Positions 49,169-57,778 of a stretch of 64,000 nt of DNA are shown piece by piece. Both the position numbers and the translations under genes were made by a program. This DNA is from Leptospiraceae bacterium (GTDB lineage Bacteria > Spirochaetota > Leptospiria > Leptospirales > Leptonemataceae): positions 32,001-96,000 of the forward strand of contig JAVJNR010000006.1 in the NCBI GenBank assembly GCA_040217195.1, given 5' to 3'. Numbering within the stretch: position 1 is the first letter of the stretch; each line of letters starts with the position of its first letter. Below the pieces are notes generated by a model that did no database searches, had not been told where the DNA came from, and was given only the letters and a program-made list of their open reading frames with translations.

Positions 49169-49516
49169 CTATGATTGGGACGATTCGCTCTGAAAGTAAA
49201 GAAACATTGGAAAGCTAAATGCCAGGCTACCCAGAAATGCAAGAACCAGATAAATCAATACCTGGAGTAAGGATCCTGTTCTTTTAAAGACATACCAGAG
49301 AAACAATGCCAGTAGCATCATCGCTTCAATCATAAATGCCTGTGCCACAGGGTTGGCCATTGCCCGGGCATTTAGCTCTGGCTGAGTCATTAGCGCATGA
49401 AGATAGATTCCATTTGGGCCAATGGCAGCAGCGATTGCAATTAGTAGCAGAACAATGCGCAGGGATTTACTGAGAACTATCTTATTTCCTGAAATGGGCT
49501 GGGTGTGAATTTCCAT
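49169..49516 (-). CDS. Small membrane protein (DUF2834-like)
   Basis: Three to four hydrophobic segments; ANPVA and SLAFSFPMFLY motifs. Confidence 0.6.
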   Translation of the reverse strand: MEIHTQPISGNKIVLSKSLRIVLLLIAIAAAIGPNGIYLHALMTQPELNARAMANPVAQAFMIEAMMLLALFLWYVFKRTGSLLQVLIYLVLAFLGSLAFSFPMFLYFQSESSQS

Positions 49517-49686
49517 TAGTGAATATTCGGGAATATTTATTCATTAATCAAGCCCTTTTTACGGAATAATTAATGGCTGAAAATCTGATACGGAAGACAA
49601 GGATTTGGGTAGGATTTACCTGTGGAAGCCTGGCGTCCATTGGCTGTAACGATTATAGGAGGGAATACCGAGGAAAAGAAATACTG

Positions 49687-49760
49687 TGCGCCCAGGAGGA
49701 TTCGAACCTCCGACCTTTTGATTCGTAGTCAAACACTCTATCCAGCTGAGCTATGGGCGC
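49687..49760 (-). tRNA. tRNA-Arg (anticodon ACG)
   Basis: Reverse complement GCGCCCATAGCTCAGCTGGATAGAGTGTTTGACT-ACG-AATCAAAAGGTCGGAGGTTCGAATCCTCCTGGGCGCA forms a full cloverleaf; CCA not encoded. Confidence 0.97.
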
Positions 49761-49936
49761 CGCTGATGAATAAAAATAATTGGTGCCCTGTACGGTCAAC
49801 CGGAATGCCAGTTCAAGGATAGCTTTGAGCGGTGAGGATCCATAGTGTGCCGGATAATAGCGGTTCCGGCTTCCATAGAATTACACTGTTGACAATTATC
49901 CGGTACCGGGCCCCAATCTAATGGAGAAATCATAGT

Positions 49937-50743
49937 ATGAATACGCGGAGTAATTCCATGAGTCAAAGCAGTACGGGCCACAAGAAGGGCACAGGCAATC
50001 GTATCTGGCTCGGTGTTCTGATCATTCTTTGCCTGGTCCTGGCAGGTTTTGCTGCTCTGGCCAGTGTGGCCTATTGGAGACTTCAAAGGGAAAGCCGAAC
50101 TAGAATAGTGCATCTGGAGCGAGAGGTGGAATCCAGGCAGGAGCAAATGAATCGGATGCTGAAGGACCAGACCGGTCTGGAGGCCAGTCTGGAAGAAATG
50201 CAACTGGCCCTGGAGCAATTACGTAAAAGGCAGCAAGCGGCCGAGAGTAGATTGGAGAAGTTCAAGTCATTGCTACAGTCATTGCAAACCATGAGGGATG
50301 CAGGATCCCTTACGGTTAAAGTAGTGGATGGACGTGCTGTACTGGCTCTGCCCATCGATATACTATTTCCATCCGGTTCCAGCAATCTATCGCCGCGCGG
50401 TAAAAAGGCTATTCAGGATCTTGCAAAGGTGCTTAAAGAAATCGAAGACCAGAGATTTCAAATCGAGGGTCATACCGATACAGATCCAATTGCTCTGAGG
50501 GGTTATACGAACTGGGAACTTGCATCGGAACGATCTCTGGTTGTGTTACATACAATGATCGCATCTGGAATGGAAGCAAATCGCATCAGTGCGGCCAGTT
50601 ACGGGGCCACTCGGCCCGTTGTGGAAAATCGAAGCCCTGCGAATAAGGCGCTCAATCGCAGGATTGAAATTGTTCTGGTTCCGGATCTATCGGATTTACC
50701 TGGAGCTACTCAGATGCAGGAAATGCTGGATGCACTGGAATGA
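49937..50743 (+). CDS. OmpA/MotB-family peptidoglycan-binding membrane protein with coiled coil
   Basis: One TM helix and a coiled coil; ILFPSGS, IEGHTD, NWELASER and NRRIEI motifs. Confidence 0.88.
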   Translation: MNTRSNSMSQSSTGHKKGTGNRIWLGVLIILCLVLAGFAALASVAYWRLQRESRTRIVHLEREVESRQEQMNRMLKDQTGLEASLEEMQLALEQLRKRQQAAESRLEKFKSLLQSLQTMRDAGSLTVKVVDGRAVLALPIDILFPSGSSNLSPRGKKAIQDLAKVLKEIEDQRFQIEGHTDTDPIALRGYTNWELASERSLVVLHTMIASGMEANRISAASYGATRPVVENRSPANKALNRRIEIVLVPDLSDLPGATQMQEMLDALE

Positions 50744-50791
50744 AATACTGATTAGAACCCACGGGGGATTTGTCCTGCGAAGCAGGAAGGA

Positions 50792-51340
50792 TCAAAAGTC
50801 GATGGCCAGTCCTGGAAGTAGTCCCACGACTATGAAACTTATGGCCAGGCTATAGCCGCTTAAAAAGCTAAAGAAGCTCCATTTCAACCAGTAGAATTTT
50901 CGGCCCAGGATCATGGTGCTCATACGATAAAGGTCGTGCGCCACATGTTTTCCAATTTCATTGGTATCGGAAAGTGCATCGGCCATTTCTTTAACGTAAG
51001 TATCTTCATCGTAATCTTGAATGGAAGAAAAGTGCAGCAGATAATGGAACCTGTCGCCTTTCTTTGTATATTTCTTCGGTAGTAGCGAAATAATAGCGAA
51101 CAGAATGCTCAGCAAGGCTGTTATTACCGCCACCAGGATACTGGGCAGAAAATCCTGGCGACCCACTCCGCTTAATGAGATGGGAATCAGAAATGAGTTA
51201 ATGGTCAGGATTGCATAGGCCCGGCGATCGGCGAAGCCAATGTAGCTCAAATGCTTGGCAATGAGTGCGCTCAGAATAGACCCGCGAAAGGCCGCGGGCC
51301 ATTTCCAATCATCTGCAGTTTGCGGGGACGTTTTGGACAT
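50792..51340 (-). CDS. DUF5706 / Pycsar-effector-like membrane protein
   Basis: H...IGFADRRA..ILTIN followed by a TM pair, LLPK, LLHFSSI, ILGRKFYWLKWS and a final TM. Confidence 0.65.
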   Translation of the reverse strand: MSKTSPQTADDWKWPAAFRGSILSALIAKHLSYIGFADRRAYAILTINSFLIPISLSGVGRQDFLPSILVAVITALLSILFAIISLLPKKYTKKGDRFHYLLHFSSIQDYDEDTYVKEMADALSDTNEIGKHVAHDLYRMSTMILGRKFYWLKWSFFSFLSGYSLAISFIVVGLLPGLAIDF

Positions 51341-51404
51341 AGCTTTTGGTCCACCGTAATGAGAGATTTAGCTCTATCTACTAAAAATCGAAATCAGGTT
51401 GTTT

Positions 51405-52442
51405 CTATTTAGGAACATGCCGCGCCAGAAATCGATCATTGGTATTATTCCAGAGGTCGACCAGGGCTTTACGTTTCTGATTTAGCTCGCTGTTGATTGC
51501 GTTGGCCCGGTTGACCAGTGAATTATACTCATTTACCAGACGGTTATAGGAATCCACCTGAGCCTGTGTCCTGCTCGATGCATCTACAGACTCCAGCGAC
51601 TGCTGGGCTCTTTCAAGCTGATCCTTTTTTAATGCCAGGTCCACGAATACGGCAGTCTTTTCTGCTTCTTCATCATAGAATTGCATTACCTGCCGGGCCA
51701 CGCGCAACAGAGAATCATCTCCTTTGTGAGCTTTAATACTCTGTAGCTTTTCTAGACCTTCTCTGGCATACTCCTGTAGAGACTCCCTGTTTTGTTCGAT
51801 GCCACTTATATCGTCCTTGTCCAGGGCTTCCATCAAGTAGACTTCCTGCTTGTAAGGCTTAAAATAGATGAGAAAGATATCGCTTTGATATCCCATAGCA
51901 GCGCTGGCCAGACTTAGCTTTCGACCGGTCTCATCGTCCCGTTCTACCAGGTTTATATTGTAGTCGGAAGCGAATTTCTCTTCTACTGCAGCGGCGTCGT
52001 CGGCTGCTTCGTCCAGGCGAAGATTGGCCTGTCGACGGGCTTCCATGTAGGCCTCCATCGTATCGTAGGACTCCTCGGCGATCTTCTTTAGATCCACCAG
52101 GCGGCCATAGTCCTCATTCAAGATCGCATACATGGTTTCCAGTAGTTCCAGCGTGGATTCTCTGTATCGATCATCGCCTTTATACGGGGCTAGTCTCTGC
52201 ACCCTCTGGATTGCATCTCTTACGGAATTAATTAAATTGCGTCTTTTTCGTTCCAGGTCTGCAGGGTCCTTGCTATGCGCGACGCTCTGCATGTAAGTAA
52301 GCATATTACCGCGAATGGGTTCCACAGGCTGGCCAACCTCTTTCATATGGGCCAGTGCACCTGCAGGGGTTCCATCCGGCGCCGGAATGGTGGCGCAATG
52401 AACCAGCAAGAATGCAGTGATCAATATCAGTGCCTTTTTCAT
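51405..52442 (-). CDS. Helical lipoprotein, LIC11966-like surface protein
   Basis: Lipoprotein signal (LLVHC); AEESYDTMEAY, FASDYNINL and IEQNRESL motifs; family recognised from memory. Confidence 0.6.
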   Translation of the reverse strand: MKKALILITAFLLVHCATIPAPDGTPAGALAHMKEVGQPVEPIRGNMLTYMQSVAHSKDPADLERKRRNLINSVRDAIQRVQRLAPYKGDDRYRESTLELLETMYAILNEDYGRLVDLKKIAEESYDTMEAYMEARRQANLRLDEAADDAAAVEEKFASDYNINLVERDDETGRKLSLASAAMGYQSDIFLIYFKPYKQEVYLMEALDKDDISGIEQNRESLQEYAREGLEKLQSIKAHKGDDSLLRVARQVMQFYDEEAEKTAVFVDLALKKDQLERAQQSLESVDASSRTQAQVDSYNRLVNEYNSLVNRANAINSELNQKRKALVDLWNNTNDRFLARHVPK

Positions 52443-54476
52443 CTATCTACTCCTTCCTTTTTTGTCCGTCAGTTCGATATAATCGTTTAATATATAGAAT
52501 GCTTCTTCCAGGTAGGGATCACCCTGCAGTTGTTTGATTCGTTCTTCGTATAAGTTCCTGGTATATGGATCTACGGTCTGGGAAGCCCGGTCATAGGACT
52601 GAACCGATGCCTGAAATGCGGAGACCCGGTAATCCCCGGCAGACATTCCAGCCTGAAGAGCCAATCGAATGGGCTCCATCTCTTCGTAGAACTCGTCCGG
52701 TTCCAGGGTTACTGATTCGGGCATGCTGCCCAGGGCTTCCAGATTCTCCAGAAGGTTTATTACGATGCGAAAACCGTCTGAATCGTCCACTCTGTCTTCG
52801 CTACGGTCCCGGAGTTCAGACAGTGGTAGTTCCGGACCTTTTTCGTATGGTAATCGCTTTTCTATATCGTCTGCTTCCAGAACGGAAGGTAGATCGCCTT
52901 CGCGGTAAACAAAAGGGGAATATTGAGGAAGTGCAATATGAGGTTCAACTCCCACTCCCTGGTGGCTCTTGCCCTGTAGATTATAAAAGATTCTGGTAGT
53001 AATATTCAGGTAACCCGGGGAACCGATGGCCGGATCTCTGAATGGAAGCATCCTCTGAGCTGTGGCCTTGCCAAAAGTTCTTCGACCGACAATTAAAGCC
53101 CGGTTGTAATCCTTCATGGTTCCGGCAAAGAATTCGGAAGCGGAAGCACTTTGCTCGTTTACCAGAACCAGAAGTGGATCTCTGTAAACGGCACCTCGAT
53201 TCGGGTCTTTGAAGATCTCCACCTGGTCTCCCTGGACCCCGAAGAATAACGGACCGGAGTCTATGAACAGTCCGCATAGATCTTCTGCTTCTGCCAGAGA
53301 ACCACCGCCATTATTTCGAAGATCAAGAATCAGACCATCGATTCCTTCCCGGCGTAGCTTGATAATTTCGGCGGCTACATCGCTTGCACTGGCAGGTAAC
53401 TCTTCGGATTCCCAGGATTGATAGAAAGAGGGAAGATAAATATAGCCAAGCTTTCGTTCGCCTCTTAGAATAAAGCCGGTAACAATGTTCTCTTCCAATC
53501 TTACTGTTTCTTTTTGTAGTGTTACCTGAATGATTATTCCGTCTGGCTTACGAATTTTGAATACTCCTGGACCGGAGTTATGGGAGCTTAAAATTTCCTG
53601 AAGCTCTGTGGGACCCAGGTCTGCTCCATAGATTCTCTCTTTCCTGGCCGGGAAACGCACTTCAATGATTACATCCCTGGGATTGATCTGACCGGACTTC
53701 CAGGCGGATCCACCTGGCACAATTCTAGCAATCTCGATTTCATTCAATGCATTGGAGCGAAGCACCAGGCCAAAGGATTTGCCCGTGGAAGAGAGACTCT
53801 GTTGAAACCGATCCATATCTTCCGGGCTAAGAACGGCCGTATGCGGATCGAAGCGACTGAGAAGAGCTCTACAATATAAAAAGTAGAGATATCTCTGCAA
53901 TCCTTCCGGGGGGCTCAGGCCCTTTTGCAAACTACGAATTCTGGATCGAATCACTTGCTCTTTAGTTTCTGAGAATTCGTCGGTGATGAGTTCTTTAAAC
54001 TGCTGCTTGTTGGTTGGAAGATGTTCCAGATAGATTCGTCGCAATATTTCGAACTTAACAAGCATACCCAATCGATGCCGCAGTTCAATTTCATCCGTAT
54101 AGTCTACATCAGAGAGCTCAAGTTCGCCGGTAAAATCCAGCCGGGATGATTTAAGTCCGGTTAGAGTACTAATTGCATGGCGCACACGAAGAGAATAGAG
54201 GTTACGAACAAGAACCAAAAACTCAAGGCTGGCCTTTCCCCGGTTTTGTTCTTCCGATTCCATGAATACATCTATGTCTTTTTCTGTGAAGATACTTCTG
54301 GTTGGATCAAGTTGTCTGAAAAAAAGGTCCAGTGCCGCTTCATAGTCGCTGGAGGACAGATTCGGAGCCTGAACATGGGCTCGATTGGCCAGCTCTACCG
54401 GTGGAAATAGGATCTCAGCGGTATCCGCTCTTAATAGAAATGGAATGAACAGAATTACAATTAATGAACGACGCAT
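52443..54476 (-). CDS. Carboxy-terminal processing protease (S41, Prc/Tsp-like)
   Basis: DPHT, PDZ-like segment, LPSFY, DLRNNGGGSL, SASASE and GKATAQ motifs. Confidence 0.9.
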   Translation of the reverse strand: MRRSLIVILFIPFLLRADTAEILFPPVELANRAHVQAPNLSSSDYEAALDLFFRQLDPTRSIFTEKDIDVFMESEEQNRGKASLEFLVLVRNLYSLRVRHAISTLTGLKSSRLDFTGELELSDVDYTDEIELRHRLGMLVKFEILRRIYLEHLPTNKQQFKELITDEFSETKEQVIRSRIRSLQKGLSPPEGLQRYLYFLYCRALLSRFDPHTAVLSPEDMDRFQQSLSSTGKSFGLVLRSNALNEIEIARIVPGGSAWKSGQINPRDVIIEVRFPARKERIYGADLGPTELQEILSSHNSGPGVFKIRKPDGIIIQVTLQKETVRLEENIVTGFILRGERKLGYIYLPSFYQSWESEELPASASDVAAEIIKLRREGIDGLILDLRNNGGGSLAEAEDLCGLFIDSGPLFFGVQGDQVEIFKDPNRGAVYRDPLLVLVNEQSASASEFFAGTMKDYNRALIVGRRTFGKATAQRMLPFRDPAIGSPGYLNITTRIFYNLQGKSHQGVGVEPHIALPQYSPFVYREGDLPSVLEADDIEKRLPYEKGPELPLSELRDRSEDRVDDSDGFRIVINLLENLEALGSMPESVTLEPDEFYEEMEPIRLALQAGMSAGDYRVSAFQASVQSYDRASQTVDPYTRNLYEERIKQLQGDPYLEEAFYILNDYIELTDKKGRSR

Positions 54477-54597
54477 GAAAACCCACTAAATTCAGATGGC
54501 CATGTAGCCTGTACTACAGACTCTAAATAATCAATGAATTTTCAGTTTCTTTTTGCGGATCCATTCTTGGGACAAATTGGTAGTCTGATCTGAGAAA

Positions 54598-56352
54598 TTA
54601 GCCTTCTTCTTGCCAGCAATTCCTTCTTCTGACCAGGCGGTCATCATTCCAGAGTGCAGAACGCTGAATCAACTCTTCCACAGTAATCCCGTATCTTTCC
54701 TCCAACATTTCAATGGCCGGGGAGCCCGCCTGCTTATGCGATTTTAGTTTATCAAGTCTCTGTTCTATGTCCGGTACCATGGCAAGAAGAGCTGGATCCC
54801 ATCTGGAAATAGTTCCATATGGAGTGGACATGATTTCATCGTAGCGATGATCGCCTGTGCTGCAAAACAACACATCCTTGGCCAGGACCTCCAGTGTGCC
54901 AATGGAATGCTCATGACCTGGGCGGAATCGCAATAGAATTGGCAATCGGGCTACATATGCATCGCTAATGCCCTGTTCATCGATGATATGTACATAAGGT
55001 CCGGCGGACAGGCCCACATATCCCAGGCCCATGCCTTCCATACAGGTTGCTTCCGCCTGGCTATTGGCTATTCGAAAGGTACGATAATTGAGGCAAGATT
55101 GCAGCTCGGATAGCTCCTGACCACGCTTTCCCCAGGGATGGTTCGTAGCCTGCAACAAGCCCGGTCCTTTAGTCTCGAATTTTTGTACAAAGTGAAACCG
55201 TTCGTTAGCAATAAAGCCCCGGGACTGAGGAATGGGGATGAACATAGCCACGATACTTGCGATGGCAAAAACGGCCAGGACTCTGGATGGATGAGCATCC
55301 CAGCGCGAAAGAAATCCATTCCATCTTGCAGGCAATGGAATGGTGAACAATCTACGCGCAAGCCAGGCCATCATAATTAATTCTGGTAATAGGAATCGAA
55401 AGGCCATGAAGTCACCGCCCAGGCGCATCACATAAATGATCATTAGAAGGGGCGCCCCAAGGTCACGAACCAGGCGAAACCAGTTCGTGGATCTTCGGGC
55501 TGGATCTTCTGTGGTGGGAGCATTGTAGTAGGTCAAATAAGCATAAGCCAGTAGAAGCAGAATCAAGATCCAGGCAGTAGGCGCAAATGCGATGGAGTGT
55601 GCCAGGTACTTAATTCCCTGAATCCAGTAGCTATCCAATCCGGCTTTTGCATAATATGTGTTCGGGAATAGCTCCCCGTAGTACAGATACCGAAACAGAT
55701 GCCAGGAGCCAGCGACTATTAGAACTGCGAATGCCGCTCGACCGGCCCGACCAATTAGTTGCAGCCGATTCAAATGCTTCTGGCGGAGCAATTCCCAGAT
55801 AAAAAAGAAACCATACCAGACAGCAAACAAACCAAGTTCAGGCCGAATAAGGTAAAGTAGCCCCAGGTAAAAACCCAGAAGCCCCGGTCTTTCTGCAGGT
55901 CGATTTTGTTCCAGCATCAAGTAGAACAATCCCAGTACAAATGCTAGAAGTCCTAGCTCCATGCCGGAGGCAGCAAATTGCCGAAACCCCGGATGAGCAG
56001 CCAGCAAGAAGGGAATCAGCAGATGAAGGTAACGAAATGGGGTTGAATCGCCTTCCGGGCGCGATGGAGTCCGAATCAGAAGAAGCAAGCCTGCCAATCC
56101 CAAAACGGCGCCCAGGAATACGGCTGTTATGGAAGAATTCAGCCCAAAGCCTCTAAAAATCACCAGAATCAAAAACCAGAGTGGATGGGTGTATACCTCT
56201 GTTTGTTCTCCGGGGTTAAAAACTGGTCCCATTGTATGGTAAAGGTTTTCCACAGCTCTGAGGGTGATGGCGGCATCCTCTGCCAGCCAGGCTTCGCTAA
56301 GCAAACCAAACGTAGAAAGCAGGATCAGGACGGTTAAGATTACTGGGCGCAC
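54598..56352 (-). CDS. Polytopic membrane glycosyltransferase-like protein (GT-C, AftB-like motifs)
   Basis: EDAAIT, GPVFNPGE..EVYTHPLW, GME, RPE, YYGELFPNTYYAK, GGDFMAFRFLLP and RPGHEH motifs. Confidence 0.65.
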   Translation of the reverse strand: MRPVILTVLILLSTFGLLSEAWLAEDAAITLRAVENLYHTMGPVFNPGEQTEVYTHPLWFLILVIFRGFGLNSSITAVFLGAVLGLAGLLLLIRTPSRPEGDSTPFRYLHLLIPFLLAAHPGFRQFAASGMELGLLAFVLGLFYLMLEQNRPAERPGLLGFYLGLLYLIRPELGLFAVWYGFFFIWELLRQKHLNRLQLIGRAGRAAFAVLIVAGSWHLFRYLYYGELFPNTYYAKAGLDSYWIQGIKYLAHSIAFAPTAWILILLLLAYAYLTYYNAPTTEDPARRSTNWFRLVRDLGAPLLMIIYVMRLGGDFMAFRFLLPELIMMAWLARRLFTIPLPARWNGFLSRWDAHPSRVLAVFAIASIVAMFIPIPQSRGFIANERFHFVQKFETKGPGLLQATNHPWGKRGQELSELQSCLNYRTFRIANSQAEATCMEGMGLGYVGLSAGPYVHIIDEQGISDAYVARLPILLRFRPGHEHSIGTLEVLAKDVLFCSTGDHRYDEIMSTPYGTISRWDPALLAMVPDIEQRLDKLKSHKQAGSPAIEMLEERYGITVEELIQRSALWNDDRLVRRRNCWQEEG

Positions 56353-56499
56353 ATCTCCCTATGGTTGGTGCCGATTTCCCTGGAAACCGATTTTTTCGCC
56401 CTGTGCCCCGCAGCATAAATCTATTTTGGGCTGGAAAGTTCTGCAGCCTTCTGCTACCTTGTTTACAGATAAGGGGTCAGGCCTAGACTGACCTCTTCA

Positions 56500-56845
56500 G
56501 GGGACGAAAAGGTTTCGACTGCTGTGATTTCGAGATCCAGGTCGCATGCGGAGTTGAGGAGCTTCTTAAAACCTCACCTTATAAGTGCTAACAACGAACA
56601 CGCACTGGCTGCATAATTAATGTGGTCACGCTCCCTGTAGTTTCCCTTCCGGGGCTACAGACGAGTGTCAATTTACGGAAGGTCTGCTAACTTGGTTCGG
56701 ATAGCGATTTAGCAGGAACATACTATTCGAAACGTCAGGTTGTGGTTTGTTGCTGCACCGATGCCTGCCGTAACGAGCAGCGACTAAGCATGTAGTGGCC
56801 TGTTTTTCGCGCCGTAGGACGCGGGTTCGACTCCCGCCGTCTCCA
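56500..56845 (+). ncRNA. ssrA: tmRNA
   Basis: 5' GGGGACG..GGTTTCGAC; 3' T-arm GCGGG-TTCGACT-CCCGC then CGTCTCCA; acceptor stem with the G3.U alanine determinant; internal tag ORF. Confidence 0.96.
56587..56616 (+). other. tmRNA proteolysis tag ANNEHALAA*
   Basis: GCT AAC AAC GAA CAC GCA CTG GCT GCA TAA, ending in the canonical ALAA. Confidence 0.9.
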
Positions 56846-57316
56846 CACTTGCAGGATAAATCTGCCATTGATAACGGCGTCCGTCGCGCTCCGCGAACGA
56901 CTCCCGCCGTCTCCAATTCGCTGCGCTCATTTGTTGGGCCGCCGCCAGGTCGTCGACCACTCCGTGGGCGACTCCCGCCGTCTCCACAGCGCAAGTGGGG
57001 GTAGTCGAGCGGCGAAGGCCGCGCCTCCTTGCACGGACTCCGCCGCGCTCGCCCGTCCTGGGCTCGCGTTTCGACCACCCCCACTTGCGGGGGGCCTCGG
57101 GGATGTGGACCTTTATTTGCATTCCCTTTATGGATCTGGTCAAACTGATAGCGAGCAAAGATCCCACTGTTTTGGTAAGGACTAGCCTGATAAAACTAGA
57201 CGTTAAACCCGTATCGAGCCACACCCAGGGATGGGTGTAGCCCTGGCTCGGTACAGGGATGTGCCGTGCCAGGGCCGAGATGCGGGTTCAACGTCCGGCG
57301 ACTCCCGCCGTCTCCA
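56828..57316 (+). repeat. Four exact copies of the tmRNA 3' 18-mer CGACTCCCGCCGTCTCCA
   Basis: Copies start at 56828 (the tmRNA itself), 56898, 56969 and 57299. Confidence 0.95.
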
Positions 57317-57610
57317 CAGCGCAAGTGGGGGTAGCCGAGCGGCGAAGGCCGCGCCTCCGTGGACGGACTCCCACACGCTCGTGCTTCCTGCACTCGCCTT
57401 TCGATCTATCCCATCTGCTGGTGTTAATAGCCTCCCTTCTTGTCTAATGATGGCCTGGGTTCGACCGAGCACGGAATAAGACCGTACCTGCTTCGAGCAA
57501 GTTTGTCATTCCAAACATGGACGTTGAACCTGTATCGAGCCGCTCCCACGGATGGGAGCAGTCTGTGCTCGGAACAGGGAGGTGCCGCGCGCAGACCGAG
57601 AGGGGCGGGT
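56967..57610. repeat. Two tandem ~315-330 bp structured cassettes with conserved palindromic ends and unrelated cores
   Basis: 56967-57089 matches 57297-57419, and 57199-57280 matches 57520-57601; intervening cores show no visible similarity. Confidence 0.9.
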
Positions 57611-57778
57611 AGGCCCAGTAACAGCATCGAAGGATATCCGCAACTTGCCAACTATTGTGTCCAAAATGCCTTGACAGTAACTTTGAATCCACCTCTTTTC
57701 ATGGGAACCATTCGAGCATCAAATAGTGTTGCGTGCAGTTCTACGCGATCCCATGCAATGCATCGAGGTACTCCATCC

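Noticed and set aside
48266..49686. Integrative element at tRNA-Arg
   Set aside because: No integrase and no duplicated tRNA 3' end seen downstream of the tRNA.
57199..57295. Integron attC site (GTTAAAC / GTTCAAC cores)
   Set aside because: Core order is GTTRRRY then RYYYAAC, the reverse of attC; the fold is multi-branched; no cassette ORFs or integron integrase seen.
56828..57316. CRISPR array
   Set aside because: The repeat is only 18 bp and identical to the tmRNA 3' end, spacing is irregular (70, 71, 330 bp), and no cas genes are in the window.
56668..57692. Numerous short ORFs across tmRNA and the repeats, including the 113-codon N-terminal extension of the cyclase ORF
   Set aside because: They overlap tmRNA and GC-rich palindromes and have low-complexity Arg/Pro/Ala content; the cyclase has a better start with an RBS at 57779.
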